DNA of 52,781 bases, from contig JAUWQI010000006.1 of NCBI GenBank assembly GCA_030611085.1, positions 1 through 52,781 on the forward strand, written 5' to 3'. The position numbers and the translations under genes were made by a program. Source of the stretch: Dehalococcoidia bacterium. Its GTDB lineage: Bacteria; Chloroflexota; Dehalococcoidia; GIF9; AB-539-J10. The notes beneath the pieces were generated by a model that did not search any database, was not told the origin of the DNA, and was given only the letters and a program-made list of their open reading frames with translations. Position 1 is the first letter of the stretch. Every line of letters starts with the position of its first letter. This document shows, piece by piece, positions 46,341 to 52,781 of the stretch.

Positions 46341-48110
46341 GTGCTAAAAAGACATAAGAGTGCCATTAATAGCAAACTAGTTTCACCGCTGAGGTATTTA
46401 CGCGCCCATAGATTCACCTCTGGCATCATTCTTAGCATTATTGTTGGGCTCGGTGGTGGGCTCGGTGCTGTTATCTTCAGGTGGCTCATCAAGACATTTC
46501 ACCAGCTCTTTTTTACCGGAATGAGTGATTCTTTAACCCTTTTAGGGCATTACTCCGTCATTTTAGCGCCTGTAGTGGGTGGACTCATCGTTGGTTGCAT
46601 CATTTACTTCACTAAAACTGGAGAGACGAAAGGCCATGGCGTCCCTGAGGTAATGGAAGCAGTATGGCGAGAAGGAGGACGCATCCGTCCCAGAGTAGCA
46701 GCAATTAAGGTGCTAACTTCATCAATATGCCTTGGCAGTGGAGGTTCTGCAGGAAGAGAAGGACCAATCGTCCAGATTGGCTCCAGCATCGGCTCAACTG
46801 TAGCACAATGGTTTCGCTTGCCAGAGGATTGGGTAAAAACTCTGGTTGCCTGTGGAACAGCAGCAGGCATTTCAGCCACATTTAATGCCCCTATAGGCGG
46901 TATATTTTTTGCTTTGGAAGTTATTTTAGGCCGGGTTGTAAACCCACGCCTGGGCTTTGTTGTCCTGAGTTCAGTGGTAGCCGACCTTATCGCTCACCTT
47001 TTCCTGGGCGATTTCCGAACCTTCAATATGCCGGTGGAATATACTCTAAATAGCTACAGCGAATTACCCTTATATATCTTATTAGGCGTATTTTGTGCTC
47101 TTGTCGCTGCTCTTTTCATTCGTTCACTGTACAAAATGGAAGACGGTTTTAATGCCTTAAAACTTCCCGAATACTTAAAACCAGCTTTGGGTGGCATTGC
47201 CGTTGGGCTCATCGGTTTCTACAATCCTTATCTTTTTGGAGTTGGCTATGATGGAATAGACCAGGTTCTATTGGGTAATATTGGCCTTCTCTCCTTGATA
47301 GCATTGCTATTTCTGAAAATATTAGCTACTTCATTCACTCTAGGAAGCGGGGGTAGTGGCGGCATTTTTGCCCCCAGTTTATTTATGGGAGCTATGTTTG
47401 GTGGGCTCTTCGGAGAAATAGCTCACGGTTTCCTGCCCGGCGTCGTCGCCCCTGCAGGTGCTTACGCACTGGTAGGTATGGCGGCAGTCTTTGCTGGAGC
47501 AACACAGGCACCAATAACATCTTTCATCATCCTTTTTGAGATGACCCAGGATTACGCTATCATCCTGCCCTTACTGCTGGCAGTAGTAACTAGCACTTTG
47601 CTTTCTCGCCGACTTAGCCGCGAAACCATATACACCCTTAAATTAGCACGGCGCGGCATAAGTACACAACGCCCCGAAGAGGCTGCTTTCTTGAGAAGTA
47701 TTACTGTCGGTGAGACGATGACACGCAATTTCCCCAGCGTTTCACCCCAAATGAGCGTTCCTAAGCTAATAGACAAGCTGAACAAAACTGGCCATCATGG
47801 ACTCCCTGTGGTGGATGAAAATGGTCACCTTTATGGCATGGTTACCTTGACCGATGTTGAATCCAGAATAACAGGAGACATTAAGAAGCTTACTGTAGCT
47901 GATATTGCTACTAAAAGACTGACTACAGCCTATCCCGACCAGCTTTTGAGTGAACTGGTTGAGCATTTGGGCATGGGAACCAGTGAAATTCCACGAATTC
48001 CTGTCGTCAGCAGGCGAGACCCTACCAAGCTCCTGGGAGTGCTGCGCCGCCAGGATATTGTTAAGGGTTACGCCAGAGCAGTGTCAGGAATACACGGAAA
48101 CGAAGTATGA
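46341..48110 (+). CDS. ClC chloride channel/antiporter with CBS domains
   Basis: GHGVPE, GREGP, FNAP, GGIFAP, C-terminal CBS pair. Confidence 0.93.
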   Translation: MLKRHKSAINSKLVSPLRYLRAHRFTSGIILSIIVGLGGGLGAVIFRWLIKTFHQLFFTGMSDSLTLLGHYSVILAPVVGGLIVGCIIYFTKTGETKGHGVPEVMEAVWREGGRIRPRVAAIKVLTSSICLGSGGSAGREGPIVQIGSSIGSTVAQWFRLPEDWVKTLVACGTAAGISATFNAPIGGIFFALEVILGRVVNPRLGFVVLSSVVADLIAHLFLGDFRTFNMPVEYTLNSYSELPLYILLGVFCALVAALFIRSLYKMEDGFNALKLPEYLKPALGGIAVGLIGFYNPYLFGVGYDGIDQVLLGNIGLLSLIALLFLKILATSFTLGSGGSGGIFAPSLFMGAMFGGLFGEIAHGFLPGVVAPAGAYALVGMAAVFAGATQAPITSFIILFEMTQDYAIILPLLLAVVTSTLLSRRLSRETIYTLKLARRGISTQRPEEAAFLRSITVGETMTRNFPSVSPQMSVPKLIDKLNKTGHHGLPVVDENGHLYGMVTLTDVESRITGDIKKLTVADIATKRLTTAYPDQLLSELVEHLGMGTSEIPRIPVVSRRDPTKLLGVLRRQDIVKGYARAVSGIHGNEV

Positions 48111-49123
48111 AAATCTTAGGCATTGAAACCTCCTGTGATGAAACTGCCGCCGCAGTGGTTGCCGATGGCAGCAAAATTATCTCCAATATCATAGCTTCAC
48201 AGATAGACATTCATGCTCGCTACGGCGGCATAGTGCCAGAAATTGCCTCAAGACAGCACCTGCTCACCATTATCCCTGTGGTGCAAAAGGCAATGTCTGA
48301 AGCCAATGCCGGTTGGCAAGATATAGATGGCATTGCCATAACTTACGGCCCAGGCTTGGCAGGCTCACTGCTCGTGGGGGTTAATGTAGCCAAGGCAATC
48401 GCCCTGGCTACAGGATTGCCTATTACCGGGGTTAACCATCTCGAAGGGCATATCTATGCCAACTGGTTATCTTCTCCATCCAATTGTAGTTGCCCAATTC
48501 ATTGGGCGAATGGCGCGGGCAAGGTGAGATTCCCCTGCCTCTGCCTTATCATTTCCGGTGGGCACAGCGACTTGATAGTAATGAAAGGACATGGGCAATT
48601 TGAGAAGCTAGGACGAACTCGTGATGATGCCGCCGGAGAGGCATTTGACAAAGCGGCTCGAATTTTGGGCTTAGGCTATCCCGGAGGCCCAGCCGTGGAA
48701 CAAGCAGCTACCACCGGAACCCCTTGCATTCCTCTTCCCCGAGCCTGGCTCAAAGGAAGCCACGATTTCAGCTTCAGCGGCTTAAAGACAGCCCTCTGGC
48801 ATCTCGCCCAAAAGGAACAAATTTCGGCAACCGACGCTGCCGCAAGCTTCCAGCTAGCAGTAGTAGATGTCCTGGTTGGTAAAACAATCGAGGCAGCAAA
48901 GGAATTACAGGTAAAACAAATTTTGCTCAGTGGTGGTGTAGCATCAAATAAGTTTTTAACAGAGCGTTTCCTGAACTCCTCGCCTATCCCCGTCCTCATT
49001 CCCCCTCCCGACTTATGCACTGATAATGCCGCTATGGTCGCCGCTTGTGGCTACTACCATTTTCAAGCTGGTAACGCAAGCAGCTATGACTTAGATGTAG
49101 TTCCCAGCCTCAGCCTGGGCTAG
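48107..49123 (+). CDS. tsaD: tRNA N6-threonylcarbamoyladenosine synthesis protein TsaD
   Basis: [48 protein letters not shown]. Confidence 0.97.
   Translation: MKILGIETSCDETAAAVVADGSKIISNIIASQIDIHARYGGIVPEIASRQHLLTIIPVVQKAMSEANAGWQDIDGIAITYGPGLAGSLLVGVNVAKAIALATGLPITGVNHLEGHIYANWLSSPSNCSCPIHWANGAGKVRFPCLCLIISGGHSDLIVMKGHGQFEKLGRTRDDAAGEAFDKAARILGLGYPGGPAVEQAATTGTPCIPLPRAWLKGSHDFSFSGLKTALWHLAQKEQISATDAAASFQLAVVDVLVGKTIEAAKELQVKQILLSGGVASNKFLTERFLNSSPIPVLIPPPDLCTDNAAMVAACGYYHFQAGNASSYDLDVVPSLSLG
48485..48508 (+). repeat. Half family B REP in frame in tsaD
   Basis: TGTAGTTGCCCAATTCATTGGGCG (23/24 to 5586-5609), read as CSCPIHWA. Confidence 0.85.
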
Positions 49124-49282
49124 CTAAGCCAGAGGACATGCGCCACCTTTCTCCTCATTGGACTACCCTCCGGGCAAGGCCGGTTATGTATTGTACTTAT
49201 TGAATTGCACGAAATGACGGAATGTGTCTCCTAATTGCAGGTCAATAGCTGTTAGGCAATCAAGGTTAAATATATGCGAAGG

Positions 49283-52200
49283 CTAGATTAGTGCCTCACT
49301 GCAAATTATGCGCGGTATCTCTTCGGTTTCAATGAAAACGGCCTTTTGCTCCAAACGCTCCTGGAGGCTATGTTCGTAATAAATGTCGGTAAGGCTCTTT
49401 AGCAGATTTTCGCCAACTACACCATTTCGCCTCAGGAAGTTCAACTTTTTATTCACAGCGGGCGATGGACTCATCCGAAATGCTTTTTCCAGAATATTTA
49501 ACCGTTCCTTAGTCACATCGTCAGCATGTTCAAAAAGTATACGAAGTTCACGCAAAACATACCGCTGTGCCTGGGTCAAAGACAGGGTCTGAGCCCGTTC
49601 TGCTCTCCTGTGCTTAACCTCCTCTTCAAAGAGGTGTTTAATCTTCATTGTGTTGCGGTTATACCCGGCAGGGAGCTTTCGTGCCGGCTCGAGAGCAGAG
49701 CATCTTATGGCGTTGATGGCTCTTGGAGCATCACGAGAGATAATCTTCCCCGCATCATCAGTCAGGAAGAGCTGCTGAAAGCGCCCAGCCTGGCAGAAAA
49801 CATAATGCCCCTTAAAATCGGATTCCTTTGCAGCCCGAATACCATCCCTGAGTTCTGCTATTCTCTGGAACTCCTCTGGTTTTTCACTCTTTAGATGACG
49901 AAGCATCTCCTCTGCCTCATTAAGGTCTATAATGTCCTTTGTATCCTCTTCAAACAATGATAATTGCCCCTCTTTGCCTTCGTAGATGGCATACATAGCT
50001 TGCTCATTAAGTTGCTCACTCTGGTCAAGAATGGCTGCATCCTCTCCAATAGTGTCGTGGATTTCCTGAATGCGCCTTTGTAGGACGCCTTTAATGCCTA
50101 AGCCTTTATCAAGCTCGGTCTCGGGAAGAAAGTTGAATGCCCAGACTATGTCGTTCTCAGAACCAATCCTGTCAATACGACCGATGCGCTGTATCAGCTT
50201 AACCGGGTTCCAGTGCAGGTCGTAGTTGATGACCTTATCACAATCCTGGAGGTTAAGTCCTTCAGAGAGGACATCGGTGGAGACAAGAATACGAACCTCG
50301 CACTCCCCTTTTTGGAAGCTAAATTCAGGGTTGGCTTTAGGAGCAAAACGACCCACCATCCTGGACTTGCTTTTATCTGCGCCATAGATAACATCAATAT
50401 CAGGCATCTTGCTGTCAGGATTAAGGTTATCGTAGAGATATCTGGCTGTATCGGCATATTGGGTAAAGATTAGACATTTACCATTATTTAGTGGCTCCTG
50501 TTTCATCCTGGTAAAGAGCCTTTGCAGCTTGGCATCTTTGTCGGGTGTAATTGGCTCTACTAGCTCAAATATATGTTTAAGCAATTTCTTATCTGCCTCT
50601 ATATGTTGGCGTAGTCTTGCCTCATCGAAATCCTTTATATCGTAGCGCCCTGACATTTCGCGCAACCGGTCAATAAGGTCAGTTTCCTCATAACGGTCTG
50701 ACTCATACAAAAGTCGCTGAGCATCTTCACCCGCTGGTACAATGCCAGCATCAAGAGATTTAAGGAAGTCTTGATGGATGCGAACAAGGCGACCTATCGT
50801 TTCTCTAAAGGCGTAAACGCTGGACTCAAATCGTTTGAACAGAAGCACCCTGATTAATCCTCGCAGGTTAATCCCGGCACGATGAAGGTCGCTATAAGGC
50901 ATCTGCTTTCGTTTCTCAGGAAGAACATAGTTATACAGTCCATAGCGGGCATAGGTAATCTCCTGTCCTGGCTTTGGTCGGTAATGCTCTCCGCGAGGCC
51001 GACCAAGGTATGTCCGAATCTGCTGATAGAGACCACTATATGTCTCCTCTATGCTGTATCTGAGTGATTCAAGCTCCCTCTTGGGGAAGAACTGGTGTTT
51101 CTCACCTACGATGATATATGCCCTCTTGGTGCCATTGAGATATTGCCTGCATTCCATATCAGACATTTCTCGTAGAGGCTGGTGAGTATCCTCAGCGTAT
51201 CCATACCACCGAAGAACATGCCTTCGGGTCCTGCGGATCAGTACATGAACCAATAAATCCTGGAGCTCCCTTTCTCCATTATCAACCAGTTTGAAATACC
51301 TCTTGAGGTCCGGAGGGTCTATGGGAAGGTCCGTCTTATCCTCTTGATGAAACAGTTTTATCTGGTTATAAATATCTCCCGCTGACTTGTTGCGCGGTGT
51401 AGCCGTCAAAAAGCAACACTTCCGTCCTGTGGAGAGGAATGTATGCAGAACCTCGTAACGCTGTGTAGTGTGGTGACGGAAGTTATGGCTCTCATCTACC
51501 AGAACCACATTCCGGTCGCGGTATCTAACATCCTGTAGAAGCCCATTGACGTCTGACTCACCCGTTTCTTTAAGAAGGCTCATGGGCAGGACTCGAGCAT
51601 TGAGATGGTAAATCTCATTGTAGCCTTCCCACATATCCTCCAGTGTTTTAGGACAGATAATGAGTGGGCGAGCATGCTCCGTCCGCTCAAAGTGCTTCAG
51701 GATAGCTGCACCAATATAGCTTTTACCCAATCCGACCACATCAGATACAAAACACCCGCCATTATCCCTTATTTTTTGTATCGCCTGGCGGACGGCAACC
51801 TTCTGGAAATCAGCGAGGTCTTGCGTTATCTCATCATCCCAAAGAATTTCTACTCCCTCTCCCTCCTCAAGGCGGTCTTTCACCAGGGTGTAGAGGGTTT
51901 TCATATAGACATCGTAGGGACGCACCGGGCGAGCTGCCCAGGATTGGTTCAGTTCATTCATCAAGTAGGCTTCGAAGTCTTGGGCTTCATTCCACAGCTC
52001 ATCAAACCACCTGGTAAGTTCAGCATGATTGCTATCTCCCTCGATTCTTACATTGAGTTCCGTGTTATCTGATATCCCGGCCAAGCTTAGATTTGAGGAA
52101 CCAACAATAGCAGTTCCTGTACTGGGTAGAGTGACAAGATTGCCCTTATCATCATAAAGCTGCTTATAGTCAAAGATATATGCTTTGGCGTGGAGGCGTC

Positions 52201-52624
52201 CCTTAGTGTATATCCTCACCTTAAGCCGCTTCTCCTCTATCAGATTAATCAGCGTTTTAACCAGGGCTTCTCCCTCATCAGTCTGGTCCATAAGAGCAAC
52301 GGCTTCTTGAAGATTCTCCCTGGTCTCGTTTGCTCGCTGCCTTTGGTCTGCTTTCTTGCTTAACCTGATATCCTCCAACGCCTGGTCAACCAGCTCAAGA
52401 CGCTTGTATCCCTCACTAATTTGCTCCAGCGTTTCACGGTTAGTGGTGTTGCCTATAAGTAGCTTCAGCTCTGATACTTCCTGAAGGTTCTTCTGTATTG
52501 GCTCGAAGCCAGACAAAAAGAAATAGCCCACGGCGAACTTAGCCCGCTCCGTAGAGGGAAGAATGCGGTTTATGTGGTCGACTAGTTTCTCGCTGCGATT
52601 ATCTATAATATCGTGGGTGGGCAT
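49283..52624 (-). CDS. PLD-nuclease/SNF2-like helicase fusion (R-M/defence associated)
   Basis: HAKAYIFD plus GSSNLS (HKD), DVVGLGKS, DESH, TATP, SEGLNLQ, QRIGRIDRIG. Confidence 0.88.
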   Translation of the reverse strand: MPTHDIIDNRSEKLVDHINRILPSTERAKFAVGYFFLSGFEPIQKNLQEVSELKLLIGNTTNRETLEQISEGYKRLELVDQALEDIRLSKKADQRQRANETRENLQEAVALMDQTDEGEALVKTLINLIEEKRLKVRIYTKGRLHAKAYIFDYKQLYDDKGNLVTLPSTGTAIVGSSNLSLAGISDNTELNVRIEGDSNHAELTRWFDELWNEAQDFEAYLMNELNQSWAARPVRPYDVYMKTLYTLVKDRLEEGEGVEILWDDEITQDLADFQKVAVRQAIQKIRDNGGCFVSDVVGLGKSYIGAAILKHFERTEHARPLIICPKTLEDMWEGYNEIYHLNARVLPMSLLKETGESDVNGLLQDVRYRDRNVVLVDESHNFRHHTTQRYEVLHTFLSTGRKCCFLTATPRNKSAGDIYNQIKLFHQEDKTDLPIDPPDLKRYFKLVDNGERELQDLLVHVLIRRTRRHVLRWYGYAEDTHQPLREMSDMECRQYLNGTKRAYIIVGEKHQFFPKRELESLRYSIEETYSGLYQQIRTYLGRPRGEHYRPKPGQEITYARYGLYNYVLPEKRKQMPYSDLHRAGINLRGLIRVLLFKRFESSVYAFRETIGRLVRIHQDFLKSLDAGIVPAGEDAQRLLYESDRYEETDLIDRLREMSGRYDIKDFDEARLRQHIEADKKLLKHIFELVEPITPDKDAKLQRLFTRMKQEPLNNGKCLIFTQYADTARYLYDNLNPDSKMPDIDVIYGADKSKSRMVGRFAPKANPEFSFQKGECEVRILVSTDVLSEGLNLQDCDKVINYDLHWNPVKLIQRIGRIDRIGSENDIVWAFNFLPETELDKGLGIKGVLQRRIQEIHDTIGEDAAILDQSEQLNEQAMYAIYEGKEGQLSLFEEDTKDIIDLNEAEEMLRHLKSEKPEEFQRIAELRDGIRAAKESDFKGHYVFCQAGRFQQLFLTDDAGKIISRDAPRAINAIRCSALEPARKLPAGYNRNTMKIKHLFEEEVKHRRAERAQTLSLTQAQRYVLRELRILFEHADDVTKERLNILEKAFRMSPSPAVNKKLNFLRRNGVVGENLLKSLTDIYYEHSLQERLEQKAVFIETEEIPRIICSEALI

Positions 52625-52781
52625 TTAAATCTCCCTGGCGAGTTCTGAGTGGTTATTTCGTATCCACGCCTCAACCTGCTGGCGTATTTGTTTTGCCAGT
52701 TCAACCATCTCCTGTGCTTCCTGCTCAGTAACTACGCCGGGGCGCTCGTAGTCGCTAATATTTCGTTTGCGGCGTAGTTTA
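52625..52781 (-). CDS. C-terminal part of a HEPN-like protein (runs off the window)
   Basis: My translation: KLRRKRNISDYERPGVVTEQEAQEMVELAKQIRQQVEAW...*; its stop abuts the helicase ATG (TAAATG). Confidence 0.65.
   Translation of the reverse strand, partial: KLRRKRNISDYERPGVVTEQEAQEMVELAKQIRQQVEAWIRNNHSELAREI

Noticed and set aside
49198-49257. attC-like site after the helicase (GCCTAAC on the minus strand with a TATTGA..TGCA imperfect IR)
   Set aside because: No complementary GTTRRRY at the far end, single copy, and no integron integrase in the window.

Overview
Bacterial chromosomal window. Gene content and style suggest an anaerobic Chloroflexota/Dehalococcoidia-like organism (inference). 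It carries housekeeping genes (dxs, rph, proB/proA, mfd, acs, tsaD), several genes of families common in archaea (DRG GTPase, DUF1616, NEW3-ABC transporter, MoxR-DUF58-DUF4350-DUF4129 cluster), surface proteins, defence modules (hicBA, ThaI-like R-M, HEPN plus PLD-SNF2 helicase) and several decayed genes. I saw no rRNA, tRNA or CRISPR array. The strongest signal is a set of at least five short palindromic or periodic repeat families. They stack in intergenic hot spots, bracket a hicBA cassette as near-identical direct repeats, and sit in frame inside mfd (4 sites), proA, tsaD and a DUF1616 gene, where they add peptide segments. A synonymously diverged copy of the proB 3' end marks an insertion hot spot inside the proBA operon. 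All family assignments come from motif recognition, not database searches.
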